The notes: generated by a model not told the origin, from the sequence alone. Positions 37,096 through 51,810 are shown, counted from the first letter of the stretch. The stretch is DNA of 64,000 nt from Pocillopora damicornis (GCF_003704095.1 NW_020844538.1:372001-436000), one strand, 5' to 3'. Made by a program: numbers and translations.

Positions 37096-40000
37096 TAATA
37101 CTGAAAACTTCGCAACGACGAAACTATTGATTGAGAGAATTAAGATATTAAATGAATAAAAGTTCCATCGATTAATTCAGCAGCAAAAAAATATCTCACA
37201 GTCTTAACTTTCTGAGTTACCTTTTAGGAATAAAGTTAATTGAAAACTGTTTTCAGGCCGCTTGTCAACCCATTTCAGAATGACACATTTGCTACCACAA
37301 CTTTATTTCGAAAACAAATTTCTACTGGTAACCAAAGAGACTTAAGATTGAGGGAAGAGACGATTAATAAGTTATCATTCGGCTTGATTTACTTGAAAAT
37401 AAGGCCCAGCCGGAAAAACAAAATTTATCTCTATAAGAAGAATGGCAGCGAAGCTAGGGATGTTCTCAGTGACCAACGCAAGCGTTACCGTGCCCGTGGG
37501 CAGAGGTAGGAAAATGCGGACCGCGCTANNNNNNNNNNNNNNNNNNNNNNNNNNNNNNNNNNNNNNNNNNNNNNNNNNNNNNNNNNNNNNNNNNNNNNNN
37601 NNNNNNNNNNNNNNNNNNNNNNNNNNNNCGCAACCACGCAGTTAAATCTATCATTCTAAAGAACCGAGAACACCTTCGCGACTTATAGAGAAATGACAAG
37701 GATGCATCCAAACAAATTGGCACTCTTAATCCCCGAGATAATAACGAGCGCCTTTCATTCAACTAATTTCTTCTTGTTTTCTTGTCACCATATTCCCACA
37801 AATAGCGCAGCTCGATACACACACAATTTTCCATTCGCTCTGACGAAGGGCAAGCCGGCGCTTAAAATGTCAGCTTTGACACTCTTAACGGTGGCCAATT
37901 TACGTTATCGACTCAGTTGATAATACTAAATTATCCTGTTATACTCTCCCACTGACGCAGAACCACAGTTTCTTAAGAAACTTACCCCCTTCTTTCAGAT
38001 GAAGACTTATCAATTGACGAGGTGTCGTGGACTCCTCTTTTAAACGAGACACAAATGATCTCACGTCGCCCTTTCCCGATTAACTTGCACGATTACACTT
38101 ATAACTTCGTTTATCTTCTACCCACGACATCTTTTCTACTCGACTACTCACTGGTGTGAGCTTCGATACTCTGCGACTCCCTTTCATTCCTTCCACTCGA
38201 AAGCTACAGAGTTTTCAATCCAAGTAAGATTTGGAGAAGTAAGACACGTGATAAAGAATTACGAGACCGAGAAGTACTGGAACATCTCTTCAAAAGAGGG
38301 AAATGTGGGTGGGTTACTCGCAAGGAGTTTCTATGGGTCTACTAATCAATTCACACGAGAAAAGTACAACAAAGTCAAATGATTCACATCACCTGACAAT
38401 CATTTTTTCAATTCTCTTAGAATAACCCACCATTCCCGCACTTCACTAAGATTACAGGTTATGTAAATGTGATTACGATAATTTATTTTAAAAAAACGAT
38501 AATACGAGTGACCTGATTCGTCAAAAACCTATCATTTATTGCACCGATAAACCAATAGAAAATTGAAACCTTTTAAGTTATCACATAAAAGTAATAGCCC
38601 GCGCTCCTTCGATCACTTTACCGGCGTAGTGAACCACTTGGAATGCTGGAAAACACGAGAAATGTTCATAAGTTGCTTGCCAGTGGCGAGTGATTTGAAC
38701 AAATAACTTGATAAATAGGGCTATAAATTTGCTAGGTTTCATTTGAAAAGGAAGATAAAAAAATGTCTTTAATTCATGTGTGATCCCAATATTTATTATT
38801 CTGGCGATTTCGTCCAGTCCTATCTCTAAATGCAATACAAAACGAAAAAGAGTTTCTCACAACAAGGGTTTTCACTCAAAATTTACGTGTGAAACTATTA
38901 ACGTTTCAGATTACGTCAAAGTGCAAAGATCACCATGCCACTCTAAAACTCACCAAAACGCAAAATTGCTTGCCAGTGGCAAGTAATTATCCAACATTTC
39001 GAATGTTCTCCCAACACCTTGTATGGGTTATTACCCAGGTAAATTGATATAAAGTACGGTCTATTAATATAATAGTCTTCGAAAGTTTTTTTAAATCAAG
39101 AAGAGTCAATCAACAAATTTACAAAAGAACAATTGCCGCCAGTCAGTTGATAAATGACACCCCTAAAAAAATTATGAAGAAGTTGCTCAGAAATCATTTA
39201 AGCAAATTGCTTGATGAATAAGGCTATTAAATTGGCTTGGTTTCTTTGAAAAACTCCGATGATTCTTTTTTTTGATTCATGTGTGATCTCAATATTTACT
39301 ATGCTGACGATTTCATACAGTCCTATTGCCAAATACAATACAAAACGAAAAAGAGTTTCTCACAATATGGGTTTAACGTTCCAGATTACGTCAAAGTGTA
39401 AAGGTCACCTTGCCACCTTAACTTACAAAAATGCAAAAAAACAGGTATAATTGTCCAGAATAAGCCAATAGCCTTTCTTCACGGTAAACTAAGGAATACA
39501 GCTATTGACCCAAGGACATTATTTCACTTTACTACTTGACAAAGCAAACATCATCTGTCACTTCTGGCACAATCCGTCAACAAAATTCAACAAGTTTTTG
39601 GTAAGAGATTTGAAGAACGTTAACGTTTTTTTTAACATTGAACACATTTACCTCATTTCTTTTTACCTGTGCGTAAGGTAAAATCATAATTGGTCATAAA
39701 TGATAAGATGTAACTAGTCAGTGTTAGCAAAAGAATTGAATGCCAGACGTGTTGTAATATCTTCAGAAAAAAGTTTTTAAATTTGATTTTTTAAACATAG
39801 AAAGAACAAAACGGGAAACGGAAAAAAAACTTCAAAAATGTTCTACGGATATACTCTGAAATAAGGTAATTAACCAGTTACCGTTGTCATTCGGTGAGAG
39901 CGCGGAGACCTTTGGTTTTTTTTCTGTTTGCTTGTTTATCGGTTGGTTTGGAAGTTTTAGACATCACTTGCCAGAGATTGAATGAACACTTGTTAATTTT

Positions 40001-41082
40001 CGGTATTTCTGCATCAGAGATACATGATAAAAATTTCTATCATTAATACTACTACAGAGTCATTTCTGATTCATTCAAATTGAAAACTACCATAATAAGA
40101 ATTTCACGTTAGTAATTTGGTTATCTAAAACCAAATTACAAAATCAGATGAAATCTTTCTTTGATTTATGTGTGATCTCAATATTTACTATGCTGGCGAT
40201 TTCGTCCAGTCCTATCATTAAATACAATACAAAAAGGAAAAGAGTTTATCACAATATGGGTTTTCACTCAAAATTTAGGTTTGAAGCTGTTAACGTTTCA
40301 GATTACGTCAAAGTGAAAAGGTCACTTCGCCACTCTAAAACTTACCAAAACGCAAAAAGCTGACTTTTCAATCGTTGGAAACAAACAGGTAATTGTCCAG
40401 AATAAGCCAATAGCCTTTCTTCACGGTAAACTGAGGAATACAGTCATTGAACCAAGGACATTATTTCATTTTACCACTTGACAAAGCAAGCATCATCTGT
40501 CGCTTCTGGCACAATCCGTCACCAAAACTCGACAAGCTTTGGGTGAGAGATTTGAGGAACGTCAACGTTTTTTTTAACATTGTACACATTCACCTCATTT
40601 CTTTTTACCTGTGCGTAAGGTAAAATCATAATTGGTCAAAAAATAACATGAAATATATAAAACATTTTTAAGATGTAACTACTCGTAGTCAGTGTTACCA
40701 AGAGAAGTGAATGGGAGATATGTAGTAATATCTGCAGAGAAAAAAACATTAAGATAGAAAACGGAAAAAAAATTCGCTAATGTTTTACAGATATTTTCTG
40801 AAATCATTTAATTAACCAGTTACCGTTGTCATTTGGTGAGACCGCGGAGACCTTGCAGTTTTTTTCTATGTTTGTTTGTTTATCTGTTGGATTGGAAGTT
40901 TTAGACATCACTCGCTAGAGATTGAATGAAGAACCGTTAAGTTTCGGTACTTTTGCGTCAGGGATACATGATAAAAATTTCCATCATTGATTTGGTCATC
41001 TGAAAACAGATCTCTAATATAAGATATCTCCTTTTCATCTCTTCATTACTTTTTTTTTCCTATGCAGGATTTCCTTTAAAGA

Positions 41083-41128
41083 ATGTGGTTTTGTTATATC
41101 TTGCTTGCCATTGCAGCAGTCGATGGAG
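41083..41128 (+). CDS. Signal-peptide exon of a gene-7 paralog (rest lost in gaps or on misoriented contigs)
   Basis: MWFCYILLAIAAVDG followed by gtaaag; near-identical to 30436-30481 including upstream sequence. Confidence 0.8.
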
Positions 41129-43488
41129 GTAAAGGAGATTCCTTTTCGATTGATGAANNNNNNNNNNNNNNNNNNNNNNNNNNNNNNNNNNNNNNNNNNN
41201 NNNNNNNNNNNNNNNNNNNNNNNNNNNNNNNNNNNNNNNNNNNNNNNNNNNNNNNNNACAGAACCAAAGGTATCCGCGCTCTCACCGAATGACAACGGTA
41301 ACTGGTTAACTGATTTCAGAGTATATCCGTAAAACATTCTTGAAGTTTTTTTTTTTCTGTTTTAATGTTCTTTCTATTTTTGAAAAGTCAAATTTAAAAA
41401 CTTTTTTCTGAAGATATTATTACACATCTCCCATTCAATTCTTTTGGTAACACTGACCAGTTAAAAATGTTTTGTATATTTCACATCATTTTTAACCACT
41501 TATGATTTTACGCACAGGTAAAAAGAAATGAGGTGAATGTGTTCAATGTTAAAACAACGTTAACGTTCTTCAAATCTCTTACCAAAAGTTTGTCGAGTTT
41601 TGGTGACAGATTGTGTCAGAAGTGACGGACGATGTTTGCTTTGCCGAGAAGTAAAGTGAAATAATGTCCTTGGGTCAATAACTGTATTCCTTAGTTTACC
41701 GTGAAGAAAGGTTATTGGCTTATTCTGGACAATAATACCTGTTTTTTGCATTTTTGTAAGTTAACGTGGCAAAGTGATCTTTGCACTTTGACGTAATCTG
41801 GAACGTTAAACCCATATTGTGAGAAACTCTCTCTCGTTTTGTATTGTATTTGGTAATTGGACTGTGCGAAATCGTCAGCATAGTAAATATTGAGATCACA
41901 CATGAATCAAAGAAAGATTTCATCTAATTTTTCAAAAGCCTAGGAAACCTAGCCAATTTAATAGCCTTTCTGCATTCCAAGTGGGTCAATACGCCGGTAA
42001 ACTAATTTAAGGAACGCGGGTTATTACTTTTATAAGATAACTTAAAATGTTTCGGTTTTCTACGAGTTTATCGGTGCAATAAATGAAAAGTTTGTGACGA
42101 ATTCATGTCGCTCGTAATATGGCCGTTTTTTTCATAAATTCATAAATCACATTCACATAACCTGTAATCTTATTGAAGTGCGGAAATGGTGTGTTATTTT
42201 AAGAGAATTGAAAAAACGATTGTTAGGCGATGTGAATCATTTGACTTTGTTGGACTTTTCTCGTGTGAACTGATTAGTAGACCCATAGAATCTCCTCACG
42301 TGAAATCCACCAGCATTTTCCTCTCTTGAAGAATTGTTCCAGCTGGTACTTCTCAGTCCCCTAATTCTTTATTACGTGTCTTACTTCGCCAAATCTGACT
42401 TGGATTGAAAACTATCTAGTTTTCGAGTGAAAGGAATGAAAGGGAGTCGCACAGTATTGAAGCTCCCACCAGTGAGTAGTCGAGCAGAAAAGATGTCGTG
42501 GGTAGAAGATAAACGAAGTTATAAGTGTAATCGTGAAAGGGCAACGTGAGATCATTCATGTCTCGTTTAAAAGAAGAGTCTACGACACCTCATCAATTGA
42601 TAAGTATTTATCTGAAAAAATGGGGTAAGTTTCTTAAGAAACTGTGGTTCTGCGTCAGTGGGAGAGTATAAGAGGGCAGTTTAGTATTATCAACTGAGTC
42701 GATAGCTTAAATTGGGCACCGTTAAGAGTTTCAAAGCTGACATTTTGAGCGCCAGCTAGCCTTTCGTCAGAGCGAATTGAAAATTGTGTGTATGGAGCTA
42801 CGCTATTGGTGGGAATATGGTGAGGAGACAACAAGTATAAATTAGTTGAATGAATTTTTGATCTAGAGTTTTGCGGCTTTCCGAATTGCCTTGATTCAGG
42901 GAAAGGCCGCCAACTGCCAAATGCTGTTTAGAATGATTAGGAAGATTAAAGTGTCTAGCGACTGGTTTGGATGCGTCCTTGTCATTTCTCTATAAGACGC
43001 GAAAGTGTTCTCGGTTCTTAATAACGATAGATTTAACTACGTAGTTGCGAGGGTGAAATGTGAGAGTGATTGGAATGCGATCGATATTTTCCTCGTCGAT
43101 CGATTTTTTGGGCACGGTGGTGGCCCGCTTGAACGACAGAAAAACTGGTGCATAACCTCTGATTTTTATGAAAAATCAGAGTCGTCACTACATAAACGGC
43201 TTAAGTTCGTGACCGAAGTCTTAAAAATCAACCTTGAAAATGCTGACTAGCCTAGCTTTACTTCACACCGAAAATGGAGCAGTTTTTTAAACTCAGCCAT
43301 AGTTTGTGAAAAGGAGACAGGTCAAGTAGCTCCAGGGGTCCAGTTTGAAAATTTAAAAATCCTCTCTTCTTTGAAAGCGCTCTTTCTTNNNNNNNNNNNN
43401 NNNNNNNNNNNNNNNNNNNNNNNNNNNNNNNNNNNNNNNNNNNNNNNNNNNNNNNNNNNNNNNNNNNNNNNNNNNNNNNNNNNNNNNN

Positions 43489-45387
43489 ATGTTTCCAGCT
43501 GGTCTGTATCTGGCCACAGTATATGTACATTTCATTCCTCGCATTGTACCCTCTGCCCGTCCGATTCCGAGAACTGTACTGCCTTTCCAAACTACCTGTG
43601 TAAAGTGGCCTGTTCCACCAGAGAAGGAGGGGCTGGCAAAATCGTATCCCGGATCACAGACCTCGTTGTACCTGGAAAACATCGAGACTACATAAAGAGA
43701 ACACAAAAATAAAGGAAAAGAAAAATCAGCGGTCACAGCAATGTCTTAGGCATAAATTTGACTGCTTTGGCGTCACTCATCACGAAACACACGGCGGAGA
43801 GTATCGTCCATGATTAGCGACCTTATGTGTTCCGATTTTGTCGAGACTGTCCTCACAGTTTTAATTCAAGCAGTTCTACCCCTGTGTCATGTTTTCAAAT
43901 ACCTAAAATAGTTTTGCAGACATGGGTTTCACGTATGTTTCACCACCCTGATTTGCCACTTTGCTCGCTATATTCACTAAAATTTATTATCTCTTTCATC
44001 TATTCCTTTTTACGCCGTTTGTTAACTCGTATCACATTTTCGTGAGCGCTTTTTTCATGGGACCTGTAACGATTGAAAATTTGAATAGATTCCAAGCACT
44101 ATTCGGGTACTAAATTTGTGCTAAGGCAGCTCATCTGGTGAGTTTGGTATCACCATTGGTGTTTTGGCTCGGCTTTTGGCTCGATTATTCTCTATAAAAT
44201 TCCTAAGATATTTGTTGTGGGAATTTGATGTTGGATCACTTAATAATCCCCTACAGTGATATTTTTCTTCACTCACATGAGTTTTCTGCTTTATATTTAT
44301 TTATATTGATACTGTTGGGGGAAATTCTGTCCTGGTCTCTCGTGAAAAGAAAGCGTGACAGAAGAGTGTGACTATGTAAAAATATTATGAATTCTTTTGT
44401 ATCCTTAAGTCTGCTTCCGTAAAAATTGATAATAGGAGTTGGCGAAAGACTATAACAAGAATAGAAGCAGAGTAATTGGATAAAAGTAAGAAAAAATAGT
44501 AAGAAGGAAAGGGAACACAAAAAAGGTTTTGGTTTCGGGGATGCTTGTCTTAACCGATGAAGATGTCACAATGGATTCCTGTTAGCATATTACAAGGTGT
44601 CAGGTGATTAACTGTAACATGAAGTGACACCAATGAGGGTTACAGCAAGAAACTGGATTGAACGTTAGCATGGGTTATGTGCGGGCCGCTATTGCAGAGC
44701 GCCAAATATATTCGATATTTGTTTCAGATGTTTTGTCTGGAAGGGTGGTTACTCCTTAGTGTTTCGAATCATATCATTCAGAAATAGTCAGGGTTACTAC
44801 ACCCTACGTCTAAGAAAAGAATTGTAACCAGATTGGTGAAAGTAGGCCTGGTTTATTTTTACGTTGCAATAGTCAATTTCGTCCTCTACGCCTTACCCTC
44901 AAGTAGCGAACTGGTAAAATGTAATTCAAAATTAAAAGCATACCCAAAACACTGAAACAGAAAAAAACTAATTACCATAATTGTTACTTACTCTTTTTAT
45001 GGGGAATAGGGCCAAAAATAAAAGGAACACCCACGGGTAAACGATAGGAACTTAGCAAAGATTCAGGGAGAATTTAGTGAAAGCGAGGTTTGGGGGTAAA
45101 TTTCCTGGAAATGACATCATTGTGTAGGATAGCCTCGGGAGCTTATTCTCAAAGGCCAAGGTTGAATACTACACTTAATCGAATTTCTGCGCAGCAAGAA
45201 AGCGAGATTTAACCTCACCAATTTGTCACGGCGTCCTCTATGGTTGGTGAACCGTTTGATAAACATTCCATGGCAAGATTCTCTCCCTGTCCAACTCTGT
45301 CACTGCTCGGAGAATGTACTAGGCTACCCATATCTGCAAGCGTCTGAGCGTACTGTTTCGCCTCATCACACATTTGTCTGTCCAGTG
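43489..45387 (-). CDS. Gene-7 paralog fragment: partial CAP-a exon 45387-45219 and partial CAP-b exon 43671-43489
   Basis: LDRQMCDEAKQYAQTLADMGSLVHSPSSDRVGQGENLAMECLSNGSPTIEDAVTNW|[29 protein letters not shown]...[13 protein letters not shown]; both ends abut 100-N gaps. Confidence 0.85.
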
Positions 45388-45486
45388 NNNNNNNNNNNNN
45401 NNNNNNNNNNNNNNNNNNNNNNNNNNNNNNNNNNNNNNNNNNNNNNNNNNNNNNNNNNNNNNNNNNNNNNNNNNNNNNNNNNNNNN

Positions 45487-45727
45487 NTACCGACGAAGAA
45501 CAACAGGGTTTAGCAAAGCACAATGAATTCCGACAAGTACATGAAGCTGCTGCTATGACACTGGACAGACAAATGTGTGATGAGGCGAAACAGTACGCTC
45601 AGACGCTTGCAGTTATGGGTAGCCTGGTACATTCGCCGGGCAGAGACAGAGGTGGACAGGGAGAGAATCTTGCCGTGGGATGTTCAACAGACGCTCCACA
45701 AACCATAGAGCAAGCCGTGACAAATTG
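45487..45727 (+). CDS. Second gene-7 paralog fragment: CAP-a exon
   Basis: TDEEQQGLAKHNEFRQVHEAAAMTLDRQMC...LVHSPGRDRGGQGENLAVGCSTDAPQTIEQAVTNW followed by gtgagg; its sequence differs from both 32085-32328 and 45219-45387. Confidence 0.85.
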
Positions 45728-47390
45728 GTGAGGTTATATTTCGCTTTCTTCCTGCGCGGAAAATTCGATTATGTGTAATATTCAACTTTGGCCTTTGAGA
45801 ATAAGCTCCCGAGGCTATCCCACACAATGATGTCATTTGCTGACAATTTACCCCCAGACCTCGCTTTCACTAAATTCTCCCTGAATCTTTGCTAAGTTCC
45901 TATTGTTTACCCGTGGGTGTTCCTTTTATTTTTGGCCCTATTCCCCATAAACAGAGAAAGTAACGATGTTGGTTATTAATTATTTTTTTATTTCAGTGTT
46001 TGGGATTGTTTTTTCTTTTGAATTACATTTTACCTGTTCGCCTTAAGGGTGAGACGTAGAGGGTGGAATTTTATATTTCAACGTAAAAATACACCAGGCC
46101 TACTTCCACTAATCTTGTTACAATTATTTTCTTAGAAATAGGGTGAATGTCAGAATGAATGATCTGATTCGAAATACTTAAGAGCAACCACCCTTCCAAA
46201 CAAGACATCTGAAACAAATATCGGATATTTTTGGCGCTCTGCAATAGCGGCGCGCACACAACCCAAGCGGTCCATACCACTAACGTTCAATCCAGTTTCT
46301 TTCTGTAACCCTCATTAATGTCACTTCATGGTACGGTTAATAACCTGATACCTTGTTATATACTTATGGGAATCCATTATGACTTCTTCATTGGTTAAGA
46401 CAAGCATCGCCGGAACCAAAACTTTTTGCGTTCCTTTTCCTTTTTGCTCTTTGTTTCTTACTGTTATCCAATTACTCTGCTTCTATTCTTGTTATAGTCT
46501 TCCACCAACTCCCATACACAATTTTTGCTGAGGCAGACTGAAGGGTACAAAAGAATTCATAATATTTGAGCCTTGTCACACCTTTCTGGCACGCTTTCTT
46601 CTCATGAGAGACCAGGACAGAATTTCCCCTAACAGCATTAATACAATATCAAGCAGAAAAAGGCGTAAAAAGGAACAGATGAAAGAGAGAATATATATGG
46701 GTTTCACGAATATAAAATATTCGTGAAACCCATGTCTGCAAAACCATTATAGGTATTTGAATACTCGACGTAGGGGTACAATTGCTTGAACTAAAACTGC
46801 GGGGACAGTTTCGACAAAATCGGAACACCAAGAGTTGCTAATCATGGNNNNNNNNNNNNNNNNNNNNNNNNNNNNNNNNNNNNNNNNNNNNNNNNNNNNN
46901 NNNNNNNNNNNNNNNNNNNNNNNNNNNNNNNNNNNNNNNNNNNNNNNGCGATTAGAGGAATTATCACTGTTAAGTCATTGTTAAGGTTAAGGCCAAATCA
47001 AGTTGTCGGCGACGAAACCTGATGACAACGCGGAAACGTTCAGATTTATTTTCAAAGTGTTAAGAGGTCCTTTGCATTGTAATTGATTAAATATTTTAAA
47101 AAAGGGTTTTTGATTTTTCAATCAATGGCGAGGGGAGAGGCAAATTTACTTTGTAAGACTGACCATGAGACGTATTAAATACGACCTCTCCGCCAAAGAT
47201 CTCTTGCCCATAATGGATTATTTCTCGATATCCACATCGGTGCAATTGGCCTAGTCTAAACATCTGAAGACTCTCCTCGCCATGTTGAAATTAAAAAAAA
47301 ATAGGAGATTGCTCACTTGGGTACTTTTCGAAGTCTTTCCTTTTTTCTTATCTTAAATTTGCCTTTTGCATTTAGGACTTCCTTAAAAAA

Positions 47391-50300
47391 ATGTTGCTTT
47401 GGTGCCTTCTATTTTCCATCGTTGCTGCCCAAGGAGGTAAAAACGATTTCCTTTATTGAACTGTCTGAATTTAACGGCACAGTTCTTCTTCTTATTGACT
47501 CGTGAATTTTGCTTCATGCTGCGGGTAAACGACGAGGAGAATGAAATGGCTTTCGGTGGTATAACAGTTACTATAGCCTTATTAAACTAATGATTGTCAT
47601 TCTCATAAATGAAAATAAAAGAAAAACACTTAAAAAAAAATGGACAGCGAAAACAAATTTATTATACTCATAGCTTCTCTCCGCAGGAAAATATTTTATT
47701 TGGATCAAATTTCTCATCGTGCTCTTGCTCGTTGTGCATCTGTTCTCTTGTAAAGCATGTTGTTTCAACCGACCTGAGCGCGCGCCAAGTGGAAATCTTA
47801 ATGTAATCATATATGTTGTTTAATTGATTATTAAACTGCCTTCATGTATTAATTTTACATGTCATTTAAGTTTGCCCAAGAGACTGGATCGCCTTGCTTC
47901 CAGAACTTGACCCAGTTTTTGGTAGCATACAGTGACAAAGAGCATCGTAACTCCATAAAATGAGACCATCCCGTAAATTAATCAGGTTTTATTGTCGCAC
48001 GACTGATTTTAGTTCATGCTACTGTGTAGACAGAGGCACTATTAGAATCAGAGGGACTTCCTATCTAAGATCACCCCACAAATTCCATCGCCGAGGCTTA
48101 AACTCATATCTTTTTTTAAAAAACTACTTATCATCTATCGGTACCGTCCTTTTCCTTGGTTGTCACAGACATGGACCGCGATGCTTCCATTACAATCTAT
48201 GGCACTGGGATAATAAAACAGAACGGCACAGCCAATATGAATTTACAGATTAAGATAGGTGGACGTAAGGCAGGAGGTGTACCAGGAATTCCAATGGGAG
48301 GTGCAGCTCCATTGATAGGGAAAGAACAGCCCTTACAAGGAGGAGGTATGGTTTGTAAATTCAGTCTTCGCTATTTGGTTTAGTTTTGATGTAATTTTAA
48401 AGTTCGACGGTCATTTTGTATCTAAAATAGCATCGCAAAACCTGGATACAATCAGTTTTCCCTCCCATTAGTCCATGCAGTTTGTTTCATTAACCCTTTC
48501 ACTCCCAAGATCTAATTAGTTATTCTCCTTACTGTCTGCCATACAATTCTTACGATGTTAGTTTTGAGAATTTGGTATTGGATCAACTAATAATTCCATA
48601 ATTAGTATTTTTCTTCATTCTCATCACCTGCCTGCTTGATATTGTATCAATATTGTAAGGAGAAATTCTGTCTTGGTCACTTATGGGAGTGAAAGGGTTA
48701 AATCATCTTTCTAATTTTGAGATCAATGAAGTAAACCCGGTTATCACCTTATATACCATGGCTTGACCTCATATGGGTAATAATCACATTGTCCAAAGCT
48801 TCAGTTTCCTTTTTGTGGGGGGGAGGGGAGACAGAAATTAAGGTATAAGCGAAAACCAACGTAAGAATAAAAAAAAGGTGAAAGAAACATCCTCACATAG
48901 CCAGCCCCGTTAACAAGAAAAACTAAATGAATCTTGTATTCTGTTTGGCTACCCAAAGTGACTGGTGAAGTAATCTTGCTCACTCGGGAATTCCTGCTTT
49001 GATCCAACGCATTCCTATTAACCTAATAGCCCATAAAATTAAATAGGTTCCACAGTTTAGAAATCGTCATGTGCAGCTCCTTCGCAAATTTCACTACTAA
49101 ATGGTACAGGGTAACGTGTTATACAAACTACAAATGATTACAGTTCTCTTCTCCTGTCCTTGAAAAGACATAAGCCAGCATCAGAAAAAGCTTCATGAAC
49201 CTTTACTTATCATCATCATTAGTAGTCCTGTTGACGAGCCAAGTACAGTTAGTGATTTAATTTACTTGGAGAATTAATAGTCTGATCCCACTGTCTTGTT
49301 AAGAAAGTAGTAAAGAGAGTAAGTAATAATTCTGAATAGTCCAGCCTCAGGCCTGAATTCCAGAACCCCTCCCTTTCCCCCGCCCTCTTATTTACCTCCT
49401 ATGCAAGGACAGTACCACTTAAATACTTATTCTTGATNNNNNNNNNNNNNNNNNNNNNNNNNNNNNNNNNNNNNNNNNNNNNNNNNNNNNNNNNNNNNNN
49501 NNNNNNNNNNNNNNNNNNNNNNNNNNNNNNNNNNNNNNNNNNNNNNNNNNNNNNNNNNNNNNNNNNNNNNNNNNNNNNNNNNNNNNNNNNNNNNNNNNNN
49601 NNNNNNNNNNNNNNNNNNNNNNNNNNNNNNNNNNNNNNNNNNNNNNNNNNNNNNNNNNNNNNNNNNNNNNNNNNNNNNNNNNNNNNNNNNNNNNNNNNNN
49701 NNNNNNNNNNNNNNNNNNNNNNNNNNNNNNNNNNNNNNNNNNNNNNNNNNNNNNNNNNNNNNNNNNNNNNNNNNNNNNNNNNNNNNNNNNNNNNNNNNNN
49801 NNNNNNNNNNNNNNNNNNNNNNNNNNNNNNNNNNNNNNNNNNCTTATTATAACAACCTTGACTATATTTTTAAAAACTTTATCCTGAAATACTCCGCATC
49901 AGCATCTAAAAAAAGTGATATGCGACGGTACTAAACGAAGAGAGTTATTTAGAACAGATAACTTATTTTAGAACCAGTTTGGATTGAGGAATATGGAGTT
50001 AGGGGCTTCAAGTGTTAAGATTCTATCCCTTATTACGGGCATTTATTCCAAATAGGGCAATGCAGAGGATTTAGTCAAATGAACTCGTTTCGAACAGCTT
50101 CTCCATTGTGCCTTTTCTTTCAGTCCTTCGTCCTTTAAATCCGCACGCTGTCTTTTTCCTCATTAGCTTCTTTTGAGCTCTCCTATGAAATAATACAATC
50201 TCCACATGCGTTACCACCATGCAGGAACAATGTGTTTGATGGATTGTGACAATTTAACGTCGCCTCACTTGAAAAGAACATAGTTTTTGAGAACTCTGAG

Positions 50301-51056
50301 CACTGAAAAATTGGTAGCCCATACCATTCGATATTCATTTAGCTTCTCTCCTTCCCCTGATGAGTGTAAGTTGGTAAATATAATAGCCAGTTGATGATCA
50401 GGTACTCACGATACACGTGCTTGTACCAGGAGAACAAAAATAATGCTATCGCTGGGTCAAAAAAGCATCACTGAAAAGCGCGGCCTTTCCCCGTACCATT
50501 CCCTTCTTACCGTTACCCAATTAACCAGCTTCTTTTTTCGTTTCATTCCCCCTACCAATTTAGGAGCAGTTTTTTTCCGGAACTAATCAAAGGATAAAAA
50601 GTGGTTCATGAAAAAAGTTTTTAACCTAAAAATCTGCCTTCGCAAATCACATACTTTACTTTTTCTGTTTTTGTACTCTTTCTTTCTCTATTATCTTCCA
50701 GGTACAACGAGGTCTGTCTTCCAGGATATAGCTTTTATACCCCCTCCTTCAGCGGTGGGACAGGCCATTTCACTCAGGTAGTGTGGAAAGAAAGCATTTT
50801 TCTTGGTATTGGACAAGCTTCAGGGGAGAAAAACGGCATGAAATGTACTTATACTGTGGCTAGATATAAACCGGCTGGGAACATTTTCGGAGAGTTTTCC
50901 GAAAATGTGCCAAAAGGAAACTTTGATAAGGAAAGCTATTGTGCATCAGTTAAGAGACATACCGTCTTGGACAAGCACGGAAAGGCAGCTTTGCTCAACG
51001 ATTCAAATGCCACAATGGGGTCGGCCGAACTTCGCGGCCAATACGAGGAACAATGA
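47391..51056 (+). CDS. Secreted CAP gene 9; exons 47391-47436, 48169-48345, [CAP-a exon presumed in gap 49438-49841], 50702-51056
   Basis: Signal [15 protein letters not shown]; hairpin [23 protein letters not shown]; CAP-b YNEVCLPGY...GHFTQVVWK...[13 protein letters not shown]. The CAP-a exon is not visible. Confidence 0.8.
48494..48697. mobile_element. TTAA-flanked MITE (piggyBac-like)
   Basis: Perfect 14-bp TIR CCCTTTCACTCCCA / TGGGAGTGAAAGGG with TTAA on both sides. Confidence 0.85.
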
Positions 51057-51810
51057 AATAGCAAGAACGAAGGTATTACCAAAAATAAATAATCAAATTA
51101 CCATGAATAAAAGAACTTCAATCAAATCCCGTTGTTTCCTTTAATTCTGAGCTGTGTCATATTGATGATTTAATGCCATTGAAATCGTAGCACAAGGCCA
51201 AAGATCCTTCCTATAAATCTAGAAACAAACGGAAATTCCAGAAATATGGCAATTTGTGGTCCAAAGAAGGAATCTTGAAATGTTGATTTCAATAAGAAAC
51301 AAACGATTGAGTTAGTTTTTTGCTGTTTGGCATTCAACTGTTTGACCTCTTTTTCCAATTATGGATAAGTACCTTAAAGTTTTGGTCTTTGTCTTTGTCT
51401 TCTTTTTTTTTGTTTTTAAATTTCTTTAAAAATTGGGCGAAAAGATTCCTACTCTTACATTTCATTATTTTCAAGTTTATTCATTCACTTATTCATTTCA
51501 CTTATTCACCCATTTCCATTATTTTTTTCTGTGATGATGGGAGGGGTGGGGGGCACCAGAGCCCTGATTCAGTCTACCCTTTTATCAAAATTTCGAATCA
51601 GCTGAGAATAAAATCTAAACAGTGAAGTATGTCGTTATTATTTTTGCTATTACGCGGATTAAAACACACGCGAAAGAAAACACGCGCAAATAAAAGCATT
51701 AACATAACAAAAGTTGTAATACAAGACAAGACATGGCCTTGTTCGCCCTATATATATATTTATTTTATCGTACACTACATAACAATTTTTGAGCCTAGCA
51801 AAATAACCAA

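Larger units (their letters stand above)
26147..46847. repeat. Recent tandem segmental duplication (unit about 8.4 kb or more, containing CAP gene 7), at least 3 copies, fragmented by N gaps
   Basis: ttcatttccggatgtt... recurs at 26147 and 34528. 26870-27720 matches 36013-36900(-); 27880-28620 matches 37770-38480 and 42150-42830(-); 29450-30510 matches 39260-41157 and 41260-41920(-). Gene 7 intron 3 matches 43672-45218(-) and 45728-46847. Confidence 0.85.

Noticed and set aside
36011-45487. Real genomic inversions or a large palindrome among gene-7 copies
   Set aside because: Orientation flips coincide with roughly 100-N scaffold gaps, so contig misorientation is the simpler explanation; long reads are needed.
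47391-51056. Gene 9 as a pseudogene lacking the CAP-a exon
   Set aside because: The ~400-N gap at 49438-49841 is large enough to hide the ~245-nt exon, and the visible exons are intact.
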